Virus record (IMG/VR): IMGVR_UViG_3300037470_000143 | Span: 1-61,494 of that record | DNA length: 61,494 nt | Strand: one strand, 5' to 3' | Source: a virus | Taxonomy: Duplodnaviria > Caudoviricetes | Part shown: piece after piece, positions 16,980-25,501 of the stretch | How the letters are laid out: each line of letters begins with the position of its first letter | Numbering within the stretch: position 1 is the first letter of the stretch | Notes under the pieces: generated by a model | What the model saw: only the letters and a program-made list of their open reading frames with translations | Told to the model about the DNA's origin: nothing | Database searches by the model: none | Position numbers and translations under genes: made by a program

Positions 16980-17370
16980 CCCGAACATGAACCGCCGAGA
17001 GCGCCGCCGCGCCGAGGCACTGGAACGGCTACGAGCAGCCCGGGCCGCAGATATTCCCCCCGCTCGAACGGACGGCCGTCCACAGTATTACGACGTTCCG
17101 ATGGACTCCGAGGTCCAGTGCTACTTCTGCGTCAAGACCGGGATCAGCGCGGTCCACCGCGTCGGGCGCGTCGTGCAGAACGACCCGGCCAACCCCCCTG
17201 ACGGGCAACCCAAGGGCTCGATGTTCACCATCTGCACCTACCACCTCCCCGACGACGCCGTGATCTACAACCCCCGCACCAACCTGTGCCGGAACAAGAC
17301 GGGTGACCATACGTGGGAGGAAGGCCCACGGCAGGAGATCATCGACGATCTGAGGACCCCGTATGAGTGA
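16969..17370 (+). CDS. Hypothetical Cys/His-containing protein
   Basis: NRRERR start; CYFC and CTYH. Confidence 0.7.
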   Translation: MLTNPNMNRRERRRAEALERLRAARAADIPPARTDGRPQYYDVPMDSEVQCYFCVKTGISAVHRVGRVVQNDPANPPDGQPKGSMFTICTYHLPDDAVIYNPRTNLCRNKTGDHTWEEGPRQEIIDDLRTPYE

Positions 17371-17518
17371 GGGGGAAGAGGCAGTACGAAAGGCGTTCTT
17401 CCGGGAGACCGGCAAGACGCCAGAGCAAGAAGACCTAGATTCCGTCATGGCTCTGGTGGTCGTTGTAGCCCTTTGGGTTATGGCCGCAGTAGGGGGCTTG
17501 ATAGTCTACTTATGGTAG
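17363..17518 (+). CDS. Small C-terminally anchored membrane peptide (not in the ORF track)
   Basis: Translated by hand, 51 aa, ending VMALVVVVALWVMAAVGGLIVYLW; fills the gap in the operon. Confidence 0.6.
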   Translation: MSEGEEAVRKAFFRETGKTPEQEDLDSVMALVVVVALWVMAAVGGLIVYLW

Positions 17519-17546
17519 ACTATATCTGTAGACCGGAGGAATCAGT

Positions 17547-17957
17547 ATGAACGACGCGATGAAGGTGCAGGTGGGCGGGACCCACTACAAGGGGATGGCT
17601 ATTGAGCCGTTCGAGTTCGGCCACGCCAACGACTACGACGCCGAGTGCTTCTCGGTTATGAAGTATGTCTCCCGGCACCGCTCCAAAGGGGGTGCCGAGG
17701 ACCTGAAGAAAGCCCTCCATATCGTCGATATTCGGCTCTCTCAGATCGAAAAATGGGGCGAACCTATGCTCGCTTGCGATACGATCCCGGTCGAGACATT
17801 CGTCACCGAGAACAGCATCGGTATGAGGGAAGCGTCGATCCTCCGGAAGCTGCATGCGTGGGCGCTTAACCCTGACGCCTACCCCCCGGCTCATGCCGAG
17901 CCCATCAAGGCCGAACTGGCCTTCCTGATCGAAACATACGAAAGGTGCTATCTCTGA
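17547..17957 (+). CDS. DUF3310 (SaV-like) protein
   Basis: QVGGTHY...KYVSRHRSKGGAEDLKKALH; GGAGG RBS. Confidence 0.8.
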   Translation: MNDAMKVQVGGTHYKGMAIEPFEFGHANDYDAECFSVMKYVSRHRSKGGAEDLKKALHIVDIRLSQIEKWGEPMLACDTIPVETFVTENSIGMREASILRKLHAWALNPDAYPPAHAEPIKAELAFLIETYERCYL

Positions 17958-18628
17958 TGACTCTCCCCGACTTCAAGGGGCAATTTATGCCCACCATCAT
18001 CCCGGCTTCGCCCGGAACTTACATCATCGAGATCGGCGAGAGTGGGGCGGTTCTGCGAACTCCACTGGTCGCTTGGGCTCCGGATGCCGATAACCCATAC
18101 AAGGCACCACACCCGATCACCGTAGACGGTTTGTCACGACTGGTCTCCGGCCGAGCCGTGTTGTTCCCTTGCGGCATGGTTCACAGCCGCGACCATGCCA
18201 TCTGCTTCACCGGCGAGGATGAGTGGCTTGTGGTGGCTGAGAAGGGCCCCCGGACGGCCGAGCCCCCCGAACGCCCGACCGAACCTGCGAAATCGGTCAA
18301 GACCTCGAAACCCGCTGCGAAGTCGGACACGACGGAACTGAAGATCGAGTGGATCACCAAGCCGTTCAAGACGAACTCGTTCTACCGCTACACCGATGGC
18401 GAGATCGACTTCATCTTCCAGATCGAGGGTGGCGTGAACCCCCCGAAGCAGAAGGCCCCGATCACCAAGATCAAGCGCGACGAGTTCGTGACGTTGAAGA
18501 AGACTGTGGACGTCGCCGAGGTCGACGAGCTGCTTGAAGGTCGCGCTCCGGGGATCGACGATGTCGGATCGTTTGCGGACGACGTCGACTCCATGCTCGG
18601 GGATGACGAAGACGACGACCTGATCTGA
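17957..18628 (+). CDS. Hypothetical protein with acidic DDDLI tail
   Basis: ORF; start at 17957 or 17987. Confidence 0.8.
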   Translation: MTLPDFKGQFMPTIIPASPGTYIIEIGESGAVLRTPLVAWAPDADNPYKAPHPITVDGLSRLVSGRAVLFPCGMVHSRDHAICFTGEDEWLVVAEKGPRTAEPPERPTEPAKSVKTSKPAAKSDTTELKIEWITKPFKTNSFYRYTDGEIDFIFQIEGGVNPPKQKAPITKIKRDEFVTLKKTVDVAEVDELLEGRAPGIDDVGSFADDVDSMLGDDEDDDLI

Positions 18629-18840
18629 TGGACAGGTTCTCTACTTACGGCGGGTCTGCTGATTGGGAAACCGAAGTTGACTACGACCCCGGTGGGGCAG
18701 AGTGGCTGGAACACACGGCCATAGGTAGCAACTATCAGTGCCAAGTCGACATGGCCCGCCCGAGCCATTATCGCCACCGAAAAAGGGAGTTTGGGTCTCC
18801 GTGGACCAAGGGACTCCCTCCTGACGAGGACCTGACCTGA
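18628..18840 (+). CDS. Hypothetical protein
   Basis: TGATG coupling at both ends. Confidence 0.6.
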   Translation: MDRFSTYGGSADWETEVDYDPGGAEWLEHTAIGSNYQCQVDMARPSHYRHRKREFGSPWTKGLPPDEDLT

Positions 18841-19094
18841 TGGATACATTCCCCAACCCCGAAACCCACCTCGACGCAGACGGAAACGTAGCCCCGCTCC
18901 CCCTGATCGGACGGAAGTTCCGCCACACCCGGCGACAGAAGGTCTACGAGGTCATTGGCTATGCGTGGATCGGGGACACCGACCAATGGGGCGTTCTGCA
19001 TTCCTGCGAGGGTGACCCGATCTACTGCCGGTCCGTGTTGAACTTCATTGGCACCTTCGACGACGGTCGGCCCCGGTTCCGGGAAATCAAGTGA
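18840..19094 (+). CDS. DUF1653-like small protein
   Basis: GRKFRH...YEVIG...YCRSV.NF...GRPRF pattern. Confidence 0.65.
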   Translation: MDTFPNPETHLDADGNVAPLPLIGRKFRHTRRQKVYEVIGYAWIGDTDQWGVLHSCEGDPIYCRSVLNFIGTFDDGRPRFREIK

Positions 19095-19276
19095 TGTCCA
19101 CCTTGGAGCCCACGGAAGAGGACATCAAACGTATCGAAGTTGAGGGCCTGCACACCAGCGATGTCGAGTTGGTCATGTGCATGCTCTTGGTGAACATCAG
19201 GGACTCCCTCTACCGTATCGAGACGGATATGATCGAACGACACCGCCAGCAGAGGGAGAGTTCCAACCGTGCCTGA
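19094..19276 (+). CDS. Hypothetical protein
   Basis: Coupled small ORF. Confidence 0.55.
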   Translation: MSTLEPTEEDIKRIEVEGLHTSDVELVMCMLLVNIRDSLYRIETDMIERHRQQRESSNRA

Positions 19277-19598
19277 CGACGCCACATACCGGGTGACCGC
19301 CCAAGAGCTTCGTGCATTCATTGAACGGGCGGAACGCCTCGAAGCCGAGAAGGCCGAGATCGCCGAGCTGTTGAAAGAGGTCTTCGCTGAGGCTAAGGCC
19401 CGGGGATACGATGTGAAGATACTGAAGAAGGTCATGGCCCTTCGGAAACGCGATCCGAACGACATCGCCGAGGAAGAGGCCGTGCTGGATATGTATCGAG
19501 AGGCGCTAGGGCTGGATGTGGGGACCTCGCTCCGTGATCTGTTGCCGCAGGACGGGGGTGGAGATGCCGAGGAAGAAGACTTCGACGATCTCATTTAA
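19269..19598 (+). CDS. gapR: GapR-like nucleoid-associated protein (DUF2312/UPF0335)
   Basis: ELRAFIERAERLEAEK...KEVFAEAKARGYDVKILKKVMALRKRD...LDMYREALG. Confidence 0.9.
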   Translation: MPDDATYRVTAQELRAFIERAERLEAEKAEIAELLKEVFAEAKARGYDVKILKKVMALRKRDPNDIAEEEAVLDMYREALGLDVGTSLRDLLPQDGGGDAEEEDFDDLI

Positions 19599-19857
19599 CC
19601 GAGAGGTCAGAGACCGCATCCGCCTGTCGGTCGCGGCCTACGCCTACGAGGTCGAAGCCGACCCGATCATGTCGGATGCGGAGTTCGACCAGCTGGCGGG
19701 GACGATCCAGCCGAGAGAGCTGACGGGGTCCCCAATCCTCGATCTGTTCTTCCTCGAATCCTTCGAGCCGCACACCGGGAGCTGGATACACGAGCACCCT
19801 GACCTGCCCGGGATCGCCCGGCTCTACGAAACGCACTACAAGGACCGTCTGATATGA
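19564..19857 (+). CDS. Stand-alone NAD-dependent DNA ligase subdomain Ia-like protein
   Basis: AAYAYEVEADPIMSDAEFDQL resembles LigA YY..D.P.I.DAEYD.L; no KxDG adenylation domain; start inferred. Confidence 0.65.
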   Translation: MPRKKTSTISFNREVRDRIRLSVAAYAYEVEADPIMSDAEFDQLAGTIQPRELTGSPILDLFFLESFEPHTGSWIHEHPDLPGIARLYETHYKDRLI

Positions 19858-20156
19858 GCCAACACTTCAACCGTCTCACCCCCGCAGAAGCCGAACGCCT
19901 CGCCATGCTGGCTGAAGAAGCGGGGGAAGTTGTTCAGGCCGTCACAAAAATTCTGAGGCACGGGTACGAGAGCTATCACCCTACCGACCCCGGCATGAAC
20001 AATCGGTCTATTCTCCGAGCGGAGATAGCGGACCTCCGGGCCGTTTGGGAACTCATGTTCGAGGCCGGGGATGTCGAAAAACTTCACTCCCTCATGATAG
20101 ATACAGCAAAATCTCGGAAACTTCGGTTCTCGCACCACCAAGGGGCCGAGGAATGA
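19854..20156 (+). CDS. MazG-like nucleotide pyrophosphohydrolase
   Basis: LAEEAGEVVQAVTKILRHG...EIADL (ExxE...ExxD). Confidence 0.75.
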   Translation: MSQHFNRLTPAEAERLAMLAEEAGEVVQAVTKILRHGYESYHPTDPGMNNRSILRAEIADLRAVWELMFEAGDVEKLHSLMIDTAKSRKLRFSHHQGAEE

Positions 20157-20344
20157 CCGAGCAAGATGTTAGAGGAAACCTTATGGCGCTTCTAGGCGCG
20201 ATAGATACCGACGACACAGACACCGCCGCAGAGGCAGCCATGGCCCTGTTGGAAGGGTTCCTTTTGACGCAAGTCCGGATCGTGGAAGCCCTCGAAGACA
20301 TCCGCATGTGGGGTGTAGGCCAATCTGTCCCCCCGGAGGACTAA
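20153..20344 (+). CDS. Hypothetical protein
   Basis: ATGA overlap. Confidence 0.6.
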   Translation: MTEQDVRGNLMALLGAIDTDDTDTAAEAAMALLEGFLLTQVRIVEALEDIRMWGVGQSVPPED

Positions 20345-20346
20345 AA

Positions 20347-20592
20347 ATGGGTGAGAGTTGGACACCGTGGAAACACTGCTCGGACGGTCTGCCGGAACCG
20401 GGGGACTACGTCAGGCTGAAGTGTCCCTGTCTGGGCTTCTATCGAGAGGGGGTCTACCTCGGGACGTTCCCAGACGGTAGAGTGAAGATCGCACCGAAAA
20501 AAGAGGGCACAGCAGTATACTGCTATTGGAGCCGCCGGAACATCGGGGACCTGTCCGAGATCGAGCGTGAGCATGAAGAGGAACGGGTATGA
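20347..20592 (+). CDS. Hypothetical protein (DUF551-like start)
   Basis: GGAGG RBS; WKHCSDGLPE. Confidence 0.6.
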   Translation: MGESWTPWKHCSDGLPEPGDYVRLKCPCLGFYREGVYLGTFPDGRVKIAPKKEGTAVYCYWSRRNIGDLSEIEREHEEERV

Positions 20593-20912
20593 AGGTGTCT
20601 GAAATCGCCGAGAAGAATGGGTTGGATGAAAAATCCCTTCGTAATTTCACCCAGAGATTTCCTGTTGAGCCTTCCGGGAATCTGGGCCGAGCCGACACTT
20701 ACGCCGAACCGGAAGCGAGGCTGATCGCGATGGCTTACCGATTGAGCAGGTCCCTCGGGCGAAGAGACGTTTGCGCTTTCATGGGCCACATGAGGGGGAA
20801 AACAGAATGGCTATACTTCCAGCATTTCGAGTGGACCACCCCGGGGGGACTCACGGTCGTTATCCCGGTTGAACTTTGGACCGAGGGGCTTTTTAAAGGG
20901 GATAGCGAATGA
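20589..20912 (+). CDS. Putative HTH DNA-binding protein
   Basis: MKVSEIAEKNGLDEKSLRNF, a MerR/excisionase-like start. Confidence 0.55.
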   Translation: MKVSEIAEKNGLDEKSLRNFTQRFPVEPSGNLGRADTYAEPEARLIAMAYRLSRSLGRRDVCAFMGHMRGKTEWLYFQHFEWTTPGGLTVVIPVELWTEGLFKGDSE

Positions 20913-21193
20913 CCGATTGCCAAGCTGTCAGACAGCAGGATGAAATGTTCTGCGCGAAGTGCAACCTTCGTTGGGACGCCGCATACGAATCGGAATGCCG
21001 GGGGCCTGAACCAGACCCAGAGGAAGCCACGGTTCTCCGGATCGCTAAGGCCATCAACGGCCCGCACCACGACAGGTTCATCGGGCACGAGATGATGATG
21101 AGGCTGCGCGATCACAAGTGGAACCAGCTCACGGAACAAGGGAAGGCCGAGGCGCTGGCCGGTGCCCGGGCCGCCTATCAGGAGATGAAGTGA
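20909..21193 (+). CDS. Hypothetical protein
   Basis: CQA...DEMFCAKCNLRWD Cys cluster; ATGA overlap. Confidence 0.7.
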   Translation: MTDCQAVRQQDEMFCAKCNLRWDAAYESECRGPEPDPEEATVLRIAKAINGPHHDRFIGHEMMMRLRDHKWNQLTEQGKAEALAGARAAYQEMK

Positions 21194-21946
21194 ATGACTG
21201 AACCGACCTGCTCGTTCTGCGGCCTCGTCGACAAAAGCCGCTGCCGCTCCGCCGAGCAGGCTGAGGACTGTCCCCACGCCCCGGTCGAGGGCAAGGGCCC
21301 CGTTGTGCGCTCAGGCCCGCTACGGGGGCTCAGGAGGGGGCACTACGGTGCGATCTACGCCGACGTCCCGTGGACCTTCCTCACGCGCTCCGAGAAAGGC
21401 CGTGGCCGGTCTCCTGACCAGCACTACGACGTAATGACGCTCGACGAGATCAAGGCGCTCCCGGTCGCGGAGCTGGCCGCCCCGGACTGCGCGCTGTTCT
21501 TCTGGGTGATCGACACGCATCTGGCCATGGCGCTCGATGTGATCGAGGCATGGGGCTTCACCTATAAGACGCGGGCCTTCTGCTGGGCCAAGCTCAATAC
21601 GAAGTTCTACTCCTACGAACCGACCCGGCAGCGGGCGGACAGCGACAGCGCGTGGAAGATGGGGAACGGTTTCTGGACCCGGGCCAACCCCGAGGACTGC
21701 TGGTTGGCCACGAGAGGCGCACCCAAGCGCCAGAGCGCCGCCGTGCGCCGTCTGATAGTCTCCCCCGTGCGGGAGCATAGCCGCAAGCCAGACGAGGCCA
21801 AGAACCGCATCGAGCAATTGGTGCCGGGGCCCTACGTTGAGCTGTTCTCTCGGTCGAACAGAAAAGGCTGGGATGCCATGGGTAACGAGCGCGGCAAATT
21901 CGATCCGCCTCCGGAGCTGGACGACGAAGCGATGGCCCTACTTTAG
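21194..21946 (+). CDS. MT-A70-family adenine methyltransferase
   Basis: IYADVPW (DPPW-like), LFFW, WGFTY, REHSRKP, ELFSR and GWDAMGNE. Confidence 0.9.
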   Translation: MTEPTCSFCGLVDKSRCRSAEQAEDCPHAPVEGKGPVVRSGPLRGLRRGHYGAIYADVPWTFLTRSEKGRGRSPDQHYDVMTLDEIKALPVAELAAPDCALFFWVIDTHLAMALDVIEAWGFTYKTRAFCWAKLNTKFYSYEPTRQRADSDSAWKMGNGFWTRANPEDCWLATRGAPKRQSAAVRRLIVSPVREHSRKPDEAKNRIEQLVPGPYVELFSRSNRKGWDAMGNERGKFDPPPELDDEAMALL

Positions 21947-22453
21947 CGGGTGGACCGTGAAGACGTTCGACAGGACCTTGTATCGCTTCACAGGGTCGAA
22001 CTCAGGGGATCGCATATCCCACGTAGCCACCAACCGGTAGGTCCCCGGCGGCACCACACACGGACGACCGATAAACCAGCTCCACGTTACGCTCGCCGGG
22101 TCTAGAGAATCATCCGGGTTGTAGAAATCCAGACCGGAGCCCACGCAGGAGGCAAGAAACCTCTCCCGATCTAGGCTCCCGTCGCGCCGCTCGACCTCGA
22201 CCGCCTTGAATCCCTGAAACGGGGTCTTGATCTCCCTGTCGTAGACGACGAGGGGGTCGTCCCCAACCTCGTGGTCCGGAACGAACAGCTCGGAGACCTC
22301 AAACCACTCTGTCGGAGGGATCGAATCGAATCGGTCTTGCTTCCCCTGCTCGATCCTGCTGGTCACTACGAAGACCACGAGGACAGCCAGAAGAAGCTCC
22401 CCGGTCCGGATTGACGTCCAGATGAACGACGATTTGTAGGACCTCTTGGTCAC
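21938..22453 (-). CDS. Hypothetical membrane-anchored protein, last gene of the late arm
   Basis: N-terminal TM LLLAVLVVFVV; coupled to the upstream gene. Confidence 0.75.
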   Translation of the reverse strand: MTKRSYKSSFIWTSIRTGELLLAVLVVFVVTSRIEQGKQDRFDSIPPTEWFEVSELFVPDHEVGDDPLVVYDREIKTPFQGFKAVEVERRDGSLDRERFLASCVGSGLDFYNPDDSLDPASVTWSWFIGRPCVVPPGTYRLVATWDMRSPEFDPVKRYKVLSNVFTVHPLK

Positions 22454-22743
22454 TGTCCCGCCCTTGCTGCGTTACGGATGAAATCTACGACGAAGTTCGC
22501 GCCGCCAGTCGCCCACCAGAAGGCGATCCCCCCTGCGACGAGGATGAGGATGTTACGCATGGACTGGATGACGGAGATGGCTGATTCCCATCGGCCATAG
22601 AAGGTGATCGCCCTGATGGCGACCTCTGATTCCTTGGGGTTCAGGGCGATGAGATGCCCCGTCTCTATCATGCGTCGAAGATGTGCGAGCGTCATCTGCT
22701 CCGTATCTTCGAGCTTCGAGGTATCGCCTTGCCCGAGAAACAC
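22450..22743 (-). CDS. Small membrane protein, holin/antiholin candidate
   Basis: TM ILILVAGGIAFWW; next to the spanins. Confidence 0.5.
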   Translation of the reverse strand: MFLGQGDTSKLEDTEQMTLAHLRRMIETGHLIALNPKESEVAIRAITFYGRWESAISVIQSMRNILILVAGGIAFWWATGGANFVVDFIRNAARAGQ

Positions 22744-22815
22744 TCTTTTGCCTCACCCAGTTCATCTGCTGGTAGAGTAAGCATAGTCGCTAGGGGGGTG
22801 TCACGCAATCAGCGA

Positions 22816-23070
22816 TCACAGCGTTTCGGTCTTCGGTCCGACGCAATGGCCCCTGTTCCGACACAGGTCTATAAACAAAGTTCGGTGGACCCCGACTTCG
22901 AGCCGGGTCTGCTTCGTGTCGGACGTGCTGGCCGTGGGGAGGGTCCGAGCGAGCTGAGCAAAGACCTCTCGCTCAGTCTTCTCTAAGGCCACCTGTGGCT
23001 CTGAGCAGTTCGTCAACATCAGGATTGTCGCCAATGCGGCGAAGGGTGTCTTCAGCGATACGACGGACAT
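22816..23070 (-). CDS. o-spanin (Rz1-like lipoprotein)
   Basis: Signal peptide with lipobox-like LTNC; overlaps the Rz-like gene in another frame. Confidence 0.7.
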   Translation of the reverse strand: MSVVSLKTPFAALATILMLTNCSEPQVALEKTEREVFAQLARTLPTASTSDTKQTRLEVGVHRTLFIDLCRNRGHCVGPKTETL

Positions 23071-23227
23071 CTTTGGCTCCCTCCATGTCTTGCTTCACAA
23101 AGTCGGCCGTGGTCGCTCTGACCCCAGCGTGATACCTCTCGTTCCCGAACCACCACAGGCCCGCCAGAGCGGCCGCCAAAAGGCCAAGGACGACCAAGGT
23201 CCGGGTGCTGAGCAGGCTTCCGATCAT
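22973..23227 (-). CDS. i-spanin (Rz-like)
   Basis: N-terminal TM followed by a periplasmic helix; directly after the endolysin. Confidence 0.7.
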   Translation of the reverse strand: MIGSLLSTRTLVVLGLLAAALAGLWWFGNERYHAGVRATTADFVKQDMEGAKDVRRIAEDTLRRIGDNPDVDELLRATGGLRED

Positions 23228-24213
23228 CGCTTCAGGTTCGCACCGTCGCGCGCGTCGTCAACACGGATGCTCCGGATCGAGTCCATGATCTTGCCACCGT
23301 AGAAGTAGCTGACCACACCGACCGCCCCAACGAGCAGGACGATCCAGTTGTCTAGCAGCGCCTGCTGGATCGCTGGGAGCGTGTCTGTGGCCTTCTGGGC
23401 TGCTTCCTTGGCGGTATCCAGCACGGAGCCGGTCGCGACAGCCACAGCGCCAAGCTTAGCCACTCTCTCGCCCCTGTCGGCCGTCTCTATGGTGCGCGAC
23501 CGGCGATCACGCAGATCGGATTCCGTGACGATCCGATCTGAACGAACAGGAGCGTCCATCAGGGCCCTCCATGTCATAGGCCCAACCACACCGTCGGTGG
23601 AGAGTCCTGCGTGATCTTGGAACGCCATCACGGCCGCCTTGGTGAGTGGACCGAAAGCCCCATCTAAAGCGCCGGAGAAGAACTTCTGTCGCTGCATCAA
23701 CGACTGGGCGTCGAGGACGAAGGCCCCCTTGTCGCCCTCTCTCAGTACCGGACGGCCGGTCTTCTGGTCCGGCTGTCCGCCATATCGACGAATACCGAGA
23801 AGTTTGCTGGTGGGGTATCTCTGATCGGATACCCTGTTGCCTTGGTTCCCACCACGGAGGATCATGTAGCCCCCTTCAAACCCGGCGAGGAAGGCGACGT
23901 GCCCCTGCCAGCCCTTGGGATCGCCCCGGGACAGGATAACGACGTCCCCGGGCTCGGCATCCTTCAGGCTGACGTGGGAGCCCCAGTCCAGATAGGACCG
24001 GGCGTTGAGCTTGCCTGTCCCTGACACACCGGCCTCGGCGAGAACGGCACCGACAAAGGCGGCGCACCACGGGGTTTCATCGTCCTTGACCCAGTCGTGA
24101 CCGGAAGTCTCGAAGAACCCGACCACGGTCGGGTTGTGCTTCGCCCCGGGCCACTCTTCGAGCCCGAGGTAGTTTCCGGCGATCTCAAGAAAGGCTGTGT
24201 TGTGGCCCGCCAT
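23224..24213 (-). CDS. Endolysin: TIGR02594/NlpC-P60-like peptidase plus peptidoglycan-binding domain and C-terminal TM
   Basis: DETPWCAAFV, GHVAF, GGNQ; DGAFGPLT...FQ...DGVVGPMT. Confidence 0.85.
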   Translation of the reverse strand: MAGHNTAFLEIAGNYLGLEEWPGAKHNPTVVGFFETSGHDWVKDDETPWCAAFVGAVLAEAGVSGTGKLNARSYLDWGSHVSLKDAEPGDVVILSRGDPKGWQGHVAFLAGFEGGYMILRGGNQGNRVSDQRYPTSKLLGIRRYGGQPDQKTGRPVLREGDKGAFVLDAQSLMQRQKFFSGALDGAFGPLTKAAVMAFQDHAGLSTDGVVGPMTWRALMDAPVRSDRIVTESDLRDRRSRTIETADRGERVAKLGAVAVATGSVLDTAKEAAQKATDTLPAIQQALLDNWIVLLVGAVGVVSYFYGGKIMDSIRSIRVDDARDGANLKR

Positions 24214-24278
24214 GTCTGCTGTCTCCCCGTGATGTTGCGCAACCGTAGCGCCCCCATCGTAACCTGTCTAGCACGAGG

Positions 24279-24494
24279 TCAAGCAGCGATAACCATCACA
24301 GCCCGTCGAGAGCCACCACCGGTTGCGGCCAGCTCTATGACGCAACAGACCTCGACCTGTGAAACGACTGATTCATCTGCCGCCCCCGACCCGTAAACAA
24401 CCGCAGCTGTTTCTATCTGAGAAACGACAGCCTCGTCTGCCGCCCCCGACCCATAAACAACCGCAGCTGTTTCTATCTGGGAAACATCGGTCAT
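24279..24494 (-). CDS. Small repeat-containing tail-associated protein
   Basis: VSQIETAAVVYGSGAADE twice; coupled to the upstream gene. Confidence 0.65.
   Translation of the reverse strand: MTDVSQIETAAVVYGSGAADEAVVSQIETAAVVYGSGAADESVVSQVEVCCVIELAATGGGSRRAVMVIAA
24361..24485. repeat. 60-bp tandem duplication
   Basis: 24361-24420 and 24421-24480 are nearly identical. Confidence 0.9.
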
Positions 24495-25498
24495 GTCCGG
24501 GCCCGCACTCCGGCCTCAATCGCATTGAAACCGCTTTCGGTCCACGCTGCTGCTGTGTCTGGGTCCGTTTCCCATACGTTGGATATGGGACTGAAACCAG
24601 CCTCTAGAGCGATGTCCCCGGAGAAGTAATTCGTCGTGCCGGACCGAACTGCGAGCTGGGCATTCAGGAGCGATCCGGAATTCGACAGAGCCCGGGCGTT
24701 CAGAACCACCGCTACCGGGGCGGCCCCGGTAGGTGCATCGGCCACGGTGCCGAGGAACAACTGGTCATTGGCGGTGGCCGCAAGGTAGTCCGCGTCGTCG
24801 GCAACACCTGCTTCATCCACGTCGGTATAGGCACCTGAATCGAAGGTGTTCGTGGTCCCCGCCCCCGTCGGGACGGACGGTTTGCAGCGAAGGTTGCGCG
24901 AGTCAGTCGTCGAAACAATAATCTGCGAAACGTCCAGATCATAGGAAATATTGGAAAGCGTACTCGGGCACCACAGTCGAATTCTGTCGATGGTGGTGGA
25001 AGAAGCCTTGATGGTGTCCCCAGAGAAGCTGGATACAAGCGAACCGTCTATGTAGATGTCGAAAGCACCTTCCGTATTATCCAGTTTCAACCGGATGTCG
25101 AGACGCGTTAGTGCCAGAACAGCTATGGTGACCCCTGTATACTGTGCAAAATCCCAAGTAGGACTTCCAGCGTCGGAAGTTGCGAGATAGACCCGCATTT
25201 CCCCGTTCACCATTTGGAGGCGAACAACGACGTTGTCGCCGGAATAAAAATCGACCCAGCCTCCGTCCGTGTTGGAGATGGTGGCCGACGGGTGATAGTA
25301 TTCAAAGTGGAACCAGAGTTCTGACTGCGCGGCAAAAACTGGTGTGTCCAGTCGTCCCCGGCTACCGTCGCTCCCGCTGGATGTAAGCCGAAGAGCGGCA
25401 CTGACATAGTCGCTATCGAACCGGCCCGCAGTGGCTTGGTCCGCAACGTTGGCGAAAGAGAATCCGGCAGTAGAGTTTCCCGCAAAAAGGATGGTCAT
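24491..25498 (-). CDS. Putative tail fibre/receptor-binding protein
   Basis: Beta-rich, lectin-like sequence; DPDTAAAWT end; tail context. Confidence 0.6.
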   Translation of the reverse strand: MTILFAGNSTAGFSFANVADQATAGRFDSDYVSAALRLTSSGSDGSRGRLDTPVFAAQSELWFHFEYYHPSATISNTDGGWVDFYSGDNVVVRLQMVNGEMRVYLATSDAGSPTWDFAQYTGVTIAVLALTRLDIRLKLDNTEGAFDIYIDGSLVSSFSGDTIKASSTTIDRIRLWCPSTLSNISYDLDVSQIIVSTTDSRNLRCKPSVPTGAGTTNTFDSGAYTDVDEAGVADDADYLAATANDQLFLGTVADAPTGAAPVAVVLNARALSNSGSLLNAQLAVRSGTTNYFSGDIALEAGFSPISNVWETDPDTAAAWTESGFNAIEAGVRART

Positions 25499-25501
25499 CG
25501 G

